64,000 nucleotides of DNA from the human T2T-CHM13v2.0 reference genome, Homo sapiens. The position numbers and the translations under genes are program-made. The notes under the pieces are model-generated. The model ran no database searches, was not told the origin of the DNA, and was given only the letters and a program-made list of their open reading frames with translations. The DNA is taken from the NCBI RefSeq assembly GCF_009914755.1, contig NC_060948.1; one strand, written 5' to 3'. Shown piece by piece: positions 42,658-56,841 of this stretch (the first letter of the stretch is position 1; each line of letters starts with the position of its first letter).

Positions 42658-45600
42658 AATCCAAAATCATTGACTGGAAAGGCTGGGTGTCGAAAGGAAT
42701 TGACTCCAATGGAATGGAATCGAATGGAATGGAAGTGAATAGAATCGAACTAAATCGAATGGAATGGAATTGATAGGAACGGAATGGAAAGGAATGCAAT
42801 GATTTGGCATGGAATGGAATCGAATGGCATCGAATGGAATGGAATGGAATGCAATGGAATGGAATGTATTAGAATGTAATGAACTTTAATGGAATGTACT
42901 CGAATGGATTCGACTGGAATGGAATGTTCTGGAAGTGAATGGACTCCAATGGAATGGATTCAAAAGGAATGGAATCGTACGGAATGGAATCTAATGGAAT
43001 GGAATTAAATGGAAATGAATCAAATTGAATAGCACGGAATTGAATTGAATGGAATGGAATGCAATGGAATCTAATGAAACGGAAAGGAAAGAAATGGAAT
43101 GGAATGGAATGGAATGGGCTGGAATGGAAAGGAATCGAAACGAATGGAATGGAATCGAAGTGAAGAGACTGGAATGGAATGCACTGGAATGGAAGGGAGT
43201 GTAATGGAAGGTTCTCGAAAAAAATGGAATGGAATGGAATGGAATTGAATGGAACGGAATAGAGTCGAATGGAATTGAATGGAATGGAATGGACTAGAGT
43301 GAAATGGAATCGAACCACAAGGAATGGACAGGAATAGAATGGTCTCGAATTGAATGGAATCGTATGGAATGGCATCAAACGGAATGGAATGGACAGCCAC
43401 GGAATGGAATGCACTCGAATGCAATGGAGTCGAAACTAATGGACTGGAATAGAATGGACTCGACTGGTACGGACTCCAATGGAATGGAATCGAATGGAAG
43501 GGAATCGAACGGAATGGACTCGAAGGGAAAAGACTGCAATGGAAAGGTCTCGAATGGAATGGAAATTAATGGAATGGAATGGAATCGAATGAAATGGAGT
43601 CAAAAGGAATGGAATCGAATGGCAAGAAATCGAATGTAATGGAATCGCAAGGAATTGATGTGAACGGAACGGAATGGAATGGAATCCAAAGGAATGGAAC
43701 AGAATGGAATGGAATCGAATGGAAAGGACTCGAATGGAAATCACTCGAATAGAATGCAATTTAATAAAATAGGATCAAATGTAATGGAATGGAATGGAAA
43801 GGAATCGAAACGAAAGGAATGGAGACAGATGGAATGGAATGGAACAGAGAGCAATGGTATAGAATGGAATGGAATCATCTGGAATGGAATTGAATGGAAT
43901 GGAATAATATGAAATGGAATGGAATGGAATGGAATGGAATGCCCTTGAATTAAATGGACTGGAATGGAATGGACTCGAACAGAGTGGAATGGAAAGTGTT
44001 GAGATAGAATGGAATGGACTCCTTTGGAATGGTGCAGTATGCAATGCAATCGACTGGCAGGGAATCAAAAGGAATGTAATGGAATGGATTGGACTGGAAT
44101 GCAATGGACTCGAATAGATTGGAAACGGAATGCAAAGGAATGGAATGGAATAGTATGGAATGGAATGGAAAGGAATGGAGTGGAATAGACTAGAGTGGAA
44201 TGGAATGGACTGGAAAGCAATGGACTGGAATGGAACTTTCTTGAATGGACTGGAATCAAACGGAATGGAATGCAATGCAATCAAATGGCATGGAATAAAA
44301 TAGAATGAAAGAGAATCAAATGGAATTGAATCGAATGGAATCGAATGGATTGGAAAGGAATAGAATGGAATGGAATGGAATTGACTCAAATGGAATGGAC
44401 TAGAATGGAATGGATTCGAATGGAAGGCAAAGGAATGGAATCTATTGGAATGGACTGTAATGGAATGGAATGGAAGGGATTGGAATGGACTCGAATGGAA
44501 TGGACTGCAATAGAAAGGATTCGAATGGAATGAAAAAGAATTGAATGGAATAGAACAGAATGGAATCAAATCGAATGAAATGGAATGGAATAGAAAGGAA
44601 TGGAATGAAATGGAATGGAAAGGATTCGAATGGAATGCAATCGAATGGAATGGAATCAAACGGAATGGAATAAAATGGAAGAAAACTGGCAAGAAATGGA
44701 ATCGAAATGAATGGAGTGTTATGGAACGGACTCAAAAGGAATTGAATGTAATAGAATGGAGTGGAGTGGACTCGAATATAATGGACTGGAATGGAATGAA
44801 ATCACATGGAATGGGAACGAATGGAATGGAATGGAAAGGAATGGAATCGAATGGAAAGGAATCGAATGGAAGGGAATGAAATTGAATCAACAGGAATGGA
44901 AGGGAATAGAATAGACGGTAATGGAATGGACTCGAATAGAATGGACACGAATGCTCAAATTGAATGGACTCGAATGGAATGGAAACGAAAGGAATGTCAT
45001 CGAATGGAATTGAATCGATTGGAATGAAATCGCATAGAATGGAGTGGAATCAAATGGAATTGAATCGAAAGGAAAGGAAGCGAATGGACTGAAATGAAAT
45101 GGAATGGAATTGAATGGAAAGTAATGCAATGGAATAGAATGGAACGAAATTTCACGGAATGGAATCAAACTGAATGGAATCAAATCAATGGAATCTAATC
45201 AAAGGAATGGAAAGGAATTGAATGGAGTAGATTGGATTGGATGGGATTGGAATGAAATGTACTGGAAAGGACTCGAATTTCATGAAACGGAATGGAATGA
45301 ATTGGAACGGAATGGACTCGAATGGAATGGAATGTCATGGAATGGCATCAAATGGAATGGCATCAAATGGAATGGAATCGAATGCAATGGAATGCTATGG
45401 AATGGAATGGAATGCATTGGAATGGAATGTCCTCTAATGGAATGGATTCGAGTGGAATGGAATCGAATATAATGGAGTCGAATGAAATGGAATTGAAAGG
45501 AATGGGATCGAATTCAATGGAATATACTGCAATGTAATGTTATGAACTCGAATGTAATTGACTGGAATGGAATGTACATGAATGGAATGTAATCGAATGG

Positions 45601-46225
45601 AAAGTAATCCAATGGAATAGAATCTAATGCAATAAAATCGACTCAGATAGAGTAGAATGTAATGGAATGGAGTGCAGTGCAATGGAATGGAATGGAATGG
45701 AATGCAATGGAATGGAATGGAATGGAATGGAATGGAATGGAACGGAATGGGATGGAATGGTATGGAATGGATAGTAATGGACTGGAGTGAAATGGACTGG
45801 AAAGGAATGGACTCAAATTGAAAGGGCTCGAAAGGAATGCAGTCAAATGCAATGGTCTGGAATGGAATGAACACGAATGTATTGCAATCTAATAGAATGG
45901 AATCGAATGGCATGGAATATAAAGAAATGGAATCGAAGAGAATGGAAACAAATGGAATGGAATTGAATGGAATGGAATTGAATAGAATGGGAACGAATGG
46001 AATGAAATTGTATGCAGTAGAAGAGAATAGAATGGAATGCAAGCGAAAGGAAAGGAATGGATTGGAATGGAATGGAATTCATTGGAATGCAAGGGAATGT
46101 AGTGTAATGGACAGGCCTGGAATAAAGTGGAATGCTACGGTCTCGAATGGAATAAAAATGTATGGAATGGAATGCAATGAAACGGAATCGAATGTCATAG
46201 AATGTAATGGAATGCAAAAAAATGG
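42658..46225 (+). repeat. DYZ1 unit U13 (3568 bp)
   Basis: Anchor spacing; U8-like 3' haplotype with EcoRI at 45510; 5-bp insertion near 43090. Confidence 0.92.
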
Positions 46226-49200
46226 AATCCAAAATCATTGACTGGAAAGGCTGGGTGTCGAAAGGAATTGACTCCAATGTAATGGAATCAAATGGAATGG
46301 AAGTGAATAGAATCGAACTAAATCGAATGGAATGGAATTGATAGGAACGGAATGGAAAGGAATGCAATGATTTGGCATGGAATGGAATCGAATGGCATCG
46401 AATGGAATGGAATGGAATGCAATGGAATGGAATGTATTAGAATGTAATGAACTTTAATGGAATGTACTCGAATGGATTCGACTGGAATGGAATGTTCTGG
46501 AAGTGAATGGACTCCAATGGAATGGATTCCAAAGGAATGGAATCGTACGGAATGGAATCTAATGGAATGGAATTAAATGGAAATGAATCAAATTGAATAG
46601 CACGGAATTGAATTGAATGGAATGGAATGCAATGGAATCTAATGAAACGGAAAGGAAAGGAATGGAATGGAATGGAATGGGCTGGAATGGAAAGGAATCG
46701 AAACGAATGGAATGGAATCGAACTGAAGAGACTGGAATGGAATGCACTGGAATGGAAGGGAGTGTAATGGAAGGTTCTCGAAAAAAATGGAATGGAATGG
46801 AATGGAATTGAATGGAACGGAATAGAGTCGAATGGAATTGAATGGAATGGAATGGACTAGAGTGAAATGGAATCGAACCACAAGGAATGGACAGGAATAG
46901 AATGGTCTCGAATTGAATGGAATCGTATGGAATGGCATCAAACGGAATGGAATGGACAACCACGGAATGGAATGCACTCGAATGCAATGGAGTCGAAACT
47001 AATGGACTGGAATAGAATGGACTCGACTGGTACGGACTCCAATGGAATGGAATCGAATGGAAGGGAATCGAACGGAATGGACTCGAAGGGAAAAGACTGC
47101 AATGGAAAGGTCTCGAATGGAATGGAAATTAATGGAATGGAATGGAATCGAATGAAATGGAGTCAAAAGGAATGGAATCGAATGGCAAGAAATCGAATGT
47201 AATGGAATCGCAAGGAATTGATGTGAACGGAACGGAATGGAATGGAATCCAAAGGAATGGAACAGAATGGAATGGAATCGAATGGAAAGGACTCGAATGG
47301 AAATCACTCGAATAGAATGCAATTTAATAAAATAGGATCAAATGTAATGGAATGGAATGGAAAGGAATCGAAACGAAAGGAATGGAGACAGATGGAATGG
47401 AATGGAACAGAGAGCAATGGTATAGAATGGAATGGAATCATCTGGAATGGAATTGAATGGAATGGAATAATATGAAATGGAATGGAATGGAATGGAATGG
47501 AATGCCCTTGAATTAAATGGACTGGAATGGAATGGACTCGAACAGAGTGGAATGGAAAGTGTTGAGATAGAATGGAATGGACTCCTTTGGAATGGTGTAG
47601 TATGCAATGCAATCGACTGGCAGGGAATCAAAAGGAATGTAATGGAATGGATTGGACTGGAATGCAATGGACTCGAATAGATTGGAAACGGAATGCAAAG
47701 GAATGGAATGGAATAGTATGGAATGGAATGGAAAGGAATGGAGTGGAATAGACTAGAGTGGAATGGAATGGACTGGAAAGCAATGGACTGGAATGGAACT
47801 TTCTTGAATGGACTGGAATCAAACGGAATAGAATGCAATGCAATCAAATGGCATGGAATAAAATAGAATGAAAGAGAATCAAATGGAATTGAATCGAATG
47901 GAATCGAATGGATTGGAAAGGAATAGAATGGAATGGAATGGAATTGACTCAAATGGAATGGACTAGAATGGAATGGATTCGAATGGAAGGCAAAGGAATG
48001 GAATCTATTGGAATGGACTGTAATGGAATGGAATGGAAGGGATTGGAATGGACTCGAATGGAATGGACTGCAATAGAAAGGATTCGAATGGAATGAAAAA
48101 GAATTGAATGGAATAGAACAGAATGGAATCAAATCGAATGAAATGGAATGGAATAGAAAGGAATGGAATGAAATGGAATGGAAAGGATTCGAATGGAATG
48201 CAATCGAATGGAATGGAATCAAACGGAATGGAATAAAATGGAAGAAAACTGGCAAGAAATGGAATCGAAATGAATGGAGTGTTATGGAACGGACTCAAAA
48301 GGAATTGAATGTAATAGAATGGAGTGGAGTGGACTCGAATATAATGGACTGGAATGGAATGAAATCACATGGAATGGGAACGAATGGAATGGAATGGAAA
48401 GGAATGGAATCGAATGGAAAGGAATCGAATGGAAGGGAATGAAATTGAATCAACAGGAATGGAAGGGAATAGAATAGACGGTAATGGAATGGACTCGAAT
48501 AGAATGGACACGAATGCTCAAATTGAATGGACTCGAATGGAATGGAAACGAAAGGAATGTCATCGAATGGAATTGAATCGATTGGAATGAAATCGCATAG
48601 AATGGAGTGGAATCAAATGGAATTGAATCGAAAGGAAAGGAAGCGAATGGACTGAAATGAAATGGAATGGAATTGAATGGAAAGTAATGCAATGGAATAG
48701 AATGGAACGAAATTTCACGGAATGGAATCAAACTGAATGGAATCAAATCAATTGAATCTAATCAAAGGAATGGAAAGGAATTGAATGGAGTAGATTGGAC
48801 TGGATGGGATTGGAATGAAATGTACTGGAAAGGACTCGAATTTCATGAAACGGAATGGAATGAATTGGAACGGAATGGACTCGAATGGAATGGAATGTCA
48901 TGGAATGGCATCAAATGGAATGGCATCAAATGGAATGGAATCGAATGCAATGGAATGCTATGGAATGGAATGGAATGCATTGGAATGGAATGTCCTCTAA
49001 TGGAATGGATTCGAGTGGAATGGAATCGAATATAATGGAGTCGAATGAAATGGAATTGAAAGGAATGGGATCGAATTCAATGGAATATACTGCAATGTAA
49101 TGTAATGAACTCGAATGTAATTGACTGGAATGGAATGTACATGAATGGAATGTAATCGAATGGAAAGTAATCCAATGGAATAGAATCTAATGCAATAAAA

Positions 49201-49788
49201 TCGACTCAGATAGAGTAGAATGTAATGGAATGGAGTGCAGTGCAATGGAATGGAATGGAATGGAATGCAATGGAATGGAATGGAATGGAATGGAATGGAA
49301 TGGAACGGAATGGGATGGAATGGTATGGAATGGATAGTAATGGACTGGAGTGAAATGGACTGGAAAGGAATGGACTCAAATTGAAAGGGCTCGAAAGGAA
49401 TGCAGTCAAATGCAATGGTCTGGAATGGAATGAACACGAATGTATTGCAATCTAATAGAATGGAATCGAATGGCATGGAATATAAAGAAATGGAATCGAA
49501 GAGAATGGAAACAAATGGAATGGAATTGAATGGAATGGAATTGAATAGAATGGGAACGAATGGAATGAAATTGTATGCAGTAGAAGAGAATAGAATGGAA
49601 TGCAAGCGAAAGGAAAGGAATGGATTTGAATGGAATGGAATTCATTGGAATGCAATGGAATGTAGTGTAATGGACAGGCCTGGAATAAAGTGGAATGCTA
49701 CGGTCTCGAATGGAATAAAAATGTATGGAATGGAATGCAATGAAACGGAATCGAATGTCATAGAATGTAATGGAATGCAAAAAAATGG
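46226..49788 (+). repeat. DYZ1 unit U14 (3563 bp)
   Basis: Anchor spacing; U8/U13-like 3' haplotype with EcoRI at 49073. Confidence 0.92.
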
Positions 49789-52700
49789 AATCCAAAATCA
49801 TTGACTGGAAAGGCTGGGTGTCGAAAGGAATTGACTCCAATGTAATGGAATCAAATGGAATGGAAGTGAATAGAATCGAACTAAATCGAATGGAATGGAA
49901 TTGATAGGAACGGAATGGAAAGGAATGCAATGATTTGGCATGGAATGGAATCGAATGGCATCGAATGGAATGGAATGGAATGCAATGGAATGGAATGTAT
50001 TAGAATGTAATGAACTTTAATGGAATGTACTCGAATGGATTCGACTGGAATGGAATGTTCTGGAAGTGAATGGACTCCAATGGAATGGATTCCAAAGGAA
50101 TGGAATCGTACGGAATGGAATCTAATGGAATGGAATTAAATGGAAATGAATCAAATTGAATAGCACGGAATTGAATTGAATGGAATGGAATGCAATGGAA
50201 TCTAATGAAACGGAAAGGAAAGGAATGGAATGGAATGGAATGGGCTGGAATGGAAAGGAATCGAAACGAATGGAATGGAATCGAACTGAAGAGACTGGAA
50301 TGGAATGCACTGGAATGGAAGGGAGTGTAATGGAAGGTTCTCGAAAAAAATGGAATGGAATGGAATGGAATTGAATGGAACGGAATAGAGTCGAATGGAA
50401 TTGAATGGAATGGAATGGACTAGAGTGAAATGGAATCGAACCACAAGGAATGGACAGGAATAGAATGGTCTCGAATTGAATGGAATCGTATGGAATGGCA
50501 TCAAACGGAATGGAATGGACAGCCACGGAATGGAATGCACTCGAATGCAATGGAGTCGAAACTAATGGACTGGAATAGAATGGACTCGACTGGTACGGAC
50601 TCCAATGGAATGGAATCGAATGGAAGGGAATCGAACGGAATGGACTCGAAGGGAAAAGACTGCAATGGAAAGGTCTCGAATGGAATGGAAATTAATGGAA
50701 TGGAATGGAATCGAATGAAATGGAGTCAAAAGGAATGGAATCGAATGGCAAGAAATCGAATGTAATGGAATCGCAAGGAATTGATGTGAACGGAACGGAA
50801 TGGAATGGAATCCAAAGGAATGGAACAGAATGGAATGGAATCGAATGGAAAGGACTCGAATGGAAATCACTCGAATAGAATGCAATTTAATAAAATAGGA
50901 TCAAATGTAATGGAATGGAATGGAAAGGAATCGAAACGAAAGGAATGGAGACAGATGGAATGGAATGGAACAGAGAGCAATGGTATAGAATGGAATGGAA
51001 TCATCTGGAATGGAATTGAATGGAATGGAATAATATGAAATGGAATGGAATGGAATGGAATGGAATGCCCTTGAATTAAATGGACTGGAATGGAATGGAC
51101 TCGAACAGAGTGGAATGGAAAGTGTTGAGATAGAATGGAATGGACTCCTTTGGAATGGTGTAGTATGCAATGCAATCGACTGGCAGGGAATCAAAAGGAA
51201 TGTAATGGAATGGATTGGACTGGAATGCAATGGACTCGAATAGATTGGAAACGGAATGCAAAGGAATGGAATGGAATAGTATGGAATGGAATGGAAAGGA
51301 ATGGAGTGGAATAGACTAGAGTGGAATGGAATGGACTGGAAAGCAATGGACTGGAATGGAACTTTCTTGAATGGACTGGAATCAAACGGAATGGAATGCA
51401 ATGCAATCAAATGGCATGGAATAAAATAGAATGAAAGAGAATCAAATGGAATTGAATCGAATGGAATCGAATGGATTGGAAAGGAATAGAATGGAATGGA
51501 ATGGAATTGACTCAAATGGAATGGACTAGAATGGAATGGATTCGAATGGAAGGCAAAGGAATGGAATCTATTGGAATGGACTGTAATGGAATGGAATGGA
51601 AGGGATTGGAATGGACTCGAATGGAATGGACTGCAATAGAAAGGATTCGAATGGAATGAAAAAGAATTGAATGGAATAGAACAGAATGGAATCAAATCGA
51701 ATGAAATGGAATGGAATAGAAAGGAATGGAATGAAATGGAATGGAAAGGATTCGAATGGAATGCAATCGAATGGAATGGAATCGAACGGAATGGAATAAA
51801 ATGGAAGAAAACAGGCAAGAAATGGAATCGAAAGGAATGGAGTGTTATGGAACGGACTCAAAAGGAATTGAATGTAATAGAATGGAGTGGAGTGGACTCG
51901 AATATAATGGACTGGAATGGAATGAAATCACATGGAATGGGAACGAATGGAATGGAATGGAAAGGAATGGAATCGAATGGAAAGGAATCGAATGGAAGGG
52001 AATGAAATTGAATCAACAGGAATGGAAGGGAATAGAATAGACGGTAATGGAATGGACTCGAATAGAATGGACACGAATGCTCAAATTGAATGGCCTCGAA
52101 TGGAATGGAAACGAAAGGAATGTCATCGAATGGAATTGAATCGATTGGAATGAAATCGCATAGAATGGAGTGGAATCAAATGGAATTGAATCGAAAGGAA
52201 AGGAAGCGAATGGACTGAAATGAAATGGAATGGAATTGAATGGAAAGTAATGCAATGGAATAGAATGGAACGAAATTTCACGGAATGGAATCAAACTGAA
52301 TGGAATCAAATCAATGGAATCAAATCAAATGGAATGGAAAGGAATTGAATGGAGTAGATTGGATTGGATGGGATTGGAATGAAATGTACTGGAAAGGACT
52401 CGAATTTCATGAAACGGAATGGAATGAATTGGAACGGAATGGACTCGAATGGAATGGAATGTCATGGAATGGCATCAAATGGAATGGCGTCAAATGGAAT
52501 GGAATCGAATGCAATGGAATGCTATGGAATGGAATGGAATGCATTGGAATGGAATGTCCTCTAATGGAATGGATTCGAGTGGAATGGAATCGAATATAAT
52601 GGAGTCGAATGAAATGGAATTGAAAGGAATGGGATCGAATACAATGGAATATACTGGAATGTAATGTAATGAACTCGAATGTAATTGACTGGAATGGAAT

Positions 52701-53347
52701 GTACATGAATGGAATGTAATCGAATGGAAAGTAATCCAATGGAATAGAATCTAATGCAATAAAATCGACTCAGATAGAGTAGAATGTAATGGAATGGAGT
52801 GCAGTGCAATGCAATGGAATGGAATGGAATGCAATGGAATGGAATGGAATGGAATGGAATGGAATGGAATGGGATGGAATGGTATGGAATGGATAGTAGT
52901 GGACTGGAGTGAAATGGACTGGAAAGGAATGGACTCAAATTGAAAGGGCTCGAAAGGAATGGAGTCAAATGGAATGGTCTGGAATGGAATGAACACGAAT
53001 GTAATGCAATCCAATAGAATGGAATCGAATGGCATGGAATATAAAGAAATGGAATCGAAGAGAATGGAAACAAATGGAATGGAATTGAATGGAATGGAAT
53101 TGAATGGAATGGGAACGAATGGAGTGAAATTGTATGCAGTAGAAGGGAATAGAATGGAATGCAAGCGAAAGGAAAGGAATGGATTGGAATGGAATGGAAT
53201 TCATTGGAATGGAAGGGAATGTAGTGTAATGGACAGGCCTGGAATAAAGTGGAATGCTACGGTCTCGAATGGAATAAAAATGTATGGAATGGAATGCAAT
53301 GAAACGGAATCGAATGTCATAGAATGTAATGGAATGCAAAAAAATGG
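49789..53347 (+). repeat. DYZ1 unit U15 (3559 bp)
   Basis: Anchor spacing; extra HaeIII GGCC at 52092. Confidence 0.92.
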
Positions 53348-56300
53348 AATCCAAAATCATTGACTGGAAAGTCTGGGTGTCGAAAGGAATTGACTCCAAT
53401 GGAATGGAATCGAATGGAGTGGAAGTGAATAGAATCGAACTAAATCGAATGGAATGGAATTGATAGGAACGGAATGGAAAGGAATGCAATGATTTGGCAC
53501 GGAATGGAATCGAATGGCATCGAATGGAATGGAATGGAATGCAATGGAATGGAACGTATTAGAATGTAATGAACTTTAATGGAATGTACTCGAATGGATT
53601 CGACTGGAATGGAATGTTCTGGAAGTGAATGGACTCCAATGGAATGGATTCAAAAGGAATGGAATCGTACGGAATGGAATCTAATGGAATGGAATTAAAT
53701 GGAAATGAATCAAATTGAATAGCACGGAATTGAATTGAATGGAATGGAATGCAATGGAATCTAATGAAACGGAAAGGAAAGGAATGGAATGGAATGGAAT
53801 GGGCTGGAATGGAAAGGAATCGAAACGAATGGAATGGAATCGAACTGAAGAGACTGGAATGGAATGCACTGGAATGGAAGGGAGTGTAATGGAAGGTTCT
53901 CGAAAAAAATGGAATCGAATGGAATGGAATTGAATGGAACGGAATAGAGTCGAATGGAATTGAATGGAATGGAATGGACTAGAGTGAAATGGAATCGAAC
54001 CACAAGGAATGGACAGGAATAGAATGGTCTCGAATTGAATGGAATCGTATGGAATGGCATCAAACGGAATGGAATGGACAGCCACGGAATGGAATGCACT
54101 CGAATGCAATGGAGTCGAAACTAATGGACTGGAATAGAATGGACTCGACTGGTACGGACTCCAATGGAATGGAATCGAATGGAAGGGAATCGAACGGAAT
54201 GGACTCGAAGGGAAAAGACTGCAATGGAAAGGTCTCGAATGGAATGGAAATAAATGGAATGGAATGGAATCGAATGAAATGGAGTCAAAAGGAATGGAAT
54301 CGAATGGCAAGAAATCGAATGTAATGGAATCGCAAGGAATTGATGTGAACGGAACGGAATGGAATGGAATCCAAAGGAATGGAATAGAATGGAATGGAAT
54401 CGAATGGAAAGGACTCGAATGGAAATCACTCGAATAGAATGCAATTTAATAAAATAGGACCAAATGTAATGGAATGGAATGGAAAGGAATCGAAACGGAA
54501 GGAATGGAGACAGATGGAATGGAATGGAACAGAGAGCAATGGTATAGAATGGAATGGAATCATCTGGAATGGAATGGAATGGAATGGAATGAAATGCCCT
54601 TGAATTAAATGGACTGGAATGGAATGAACTCGAACAGAGTGGAATGGAAAGTGTTGAGATAGAATGGAATGGACTCTTTTGGAATGGTCTAGTATGCAAT
54701 GCAATCGACTGGCAGGGAATCAAAAGGAATGTAATCGAATGGATTGGACTGGAATGCAATGGACTTGAATAGATTGCAAACGGGATGCAAAGTAATGGAA
54801 TGGAATAGTATGGAATGGAATGGAAAGGAATGGAGTGGAATAGACTAGAGTGGAATGGAATGGACTGGAAAGAAATGGACTGGAATGGAACTTTCTTGAA
54901 TGGACTGGAATCAAACGGAATGGAATGCAATGCAATCAAATGGCATGGAATAAAATAGAATGAAAGAGAATCAAATGGAATTGAATCGAATGGAATCGAA
55001 TGGATTGGAAAGGAATAGAATGGAATGGAATGGAATTGACTCAAATGGAATGGACTAGAATGGAATGGATTCGAATGGAAGGCAAAGGAATGGAATCTAT
55101 TGGAATGGACTGTAATGGAATGAAATGGAAGGGATTGGAATGGACTCGAATGGAATGGACTGCAATAGAAAGGATTCGAATGGAATGAAAAAGAATTGAA
55201 TGGAATAGAACAGAATGGAATCAAATCGAATGAAATGGAATGGAATAGAAAGGAATGGAATGAAATGGAATGGAAAGGATTCGAATGGAATGCAATCCAA
55301 TAGAATGGAATCGAACGGAATGGAATAAAATGGAAGAAAACTGGCAAGAAATGGAATCGAAATGAATGGAGTGTTATGGAACGGACTCAAAAGGAATTGA
55401 ATGTAATAGAATGGAGTGGAGTGGACTCGAATATAATGGACTGGAATGGAATGAAATCACACGGAATGGGAACGAATGGAATGGAATGGAAAGGAATGGA
55501 ATCGAATGGAAAGGAATCGAATGGAAGGGAATGAAATTGAATCAACAGGAATGGAAGGGAATAGAATAGACGGTAATGGAATGGACTCGAATAGAATGGA
55601 CACGAATGCTCAAATTGAATGGACTTGAATGGAATGGAAACGAAAGGAATGTCATCGAATGGAATTGAATCGATTGGAATGAAATCGCATAGAATGGAGT
55701 GGAATCAAATGGAATTGAATCGAAAGGAAAGGAAGCGAATGGACTGAAATGAAATGGAATGGAATTGAATGGAAAGTAATGCAATGGAATAGAATGGAAC
55801 GAAATTTCACGGAATGGAATCAAACTGAATGGAATCAAATCAATAGAATCAAATCAAATGGAATGGAAAGGAATTGAATGGAGTAGATTGGATTGGATGG
55901 GATTGGAATGAAATGTACTGGAAAGGACTCGAATTTCATGAAACGGAATGGAATGAATTGGAACGGAATGGACTCGAATGGAATGGAATGTCATGTAATG
56001 GCATCAAATGGAATGGCATCAAATGGAATGGAATCGAATGCAATGGAATGCTATGGAATGGAATGGAATGCATTGGAATGGAATGTCCTCTAATGGAATG
56101 GATTCGAGTGGAATGGAATCGAATATAATGGAGTCGAATGAAATGGAATTGAAAAGAATGGGATCGAATACAATGGAATATACTGGAATGTAATGTAATG
56201 AACTCGAATGTAATTGACTGGAATGGAATGTACATGAATGGAATGTAATCGAATGGAAAGTAATCCAATGGAATAGAATCTAATGCAATAAAATCGACTC

Positions 56301-56841
56301 AGATAGAGTAGAATGTAATGGAATGGAGTGCAGTGCAATGGAATGGAATGGAATGCAATGGAATGGAATGGAATGGAATGGGATGGAATGGCATGGAATG
56401 GATAGTAATGGACTGGAAAGGAATGGACTCAAATTGAAAGGGCTCGAAAGGAATGGAGACAAATGGAATGGTCTGGAATGGAATGAACACGAATGTAATG
56501 CAATCCAATAGAATGGAGTCGAATGGCAGGGAATATAAAGAAATGGAATCGAAGAGAATCGAAGCAAATGGAATGGAATTGAATGGAATGGAATTGAATG
56601 GAATGGGAACGAATGGAGTGAAATTGTATGCAGTAGAAGAGAATAGAATGGAATGCAAGCGAAAGGAAAGGAATGGATTGGAATGGAATGGAATTCATTG
56701 GAATGGAAGGGAATGTAGTGTAATGGACAGGCCTGGAATAAAGTGGAATGCTACGGTCTTGAATGGAATAAAAATGTATGGAATGGAATGCAATGAAACG
56801 GAATCGAATGTCATAGAATGTAATGCAATGCAAAAAAATGG
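53348..56841 (+). repeat. DYZ1 unit U16 (3494 bp, shortest, divergent)
   Basis: Anchor spacing; 30-bp deletion near 54575, 15-bp deletion near 56415, short GGAAT tract, many private SNVs. Confidence 0.92.

Noticed and set aside
54121-55347. Longest ORF, 408 aa on the minus strand
   Set aside because: Produced by a private deletion and SNV in U16 that fuse repeat-derived frames; low-complexity and absent from the other units.
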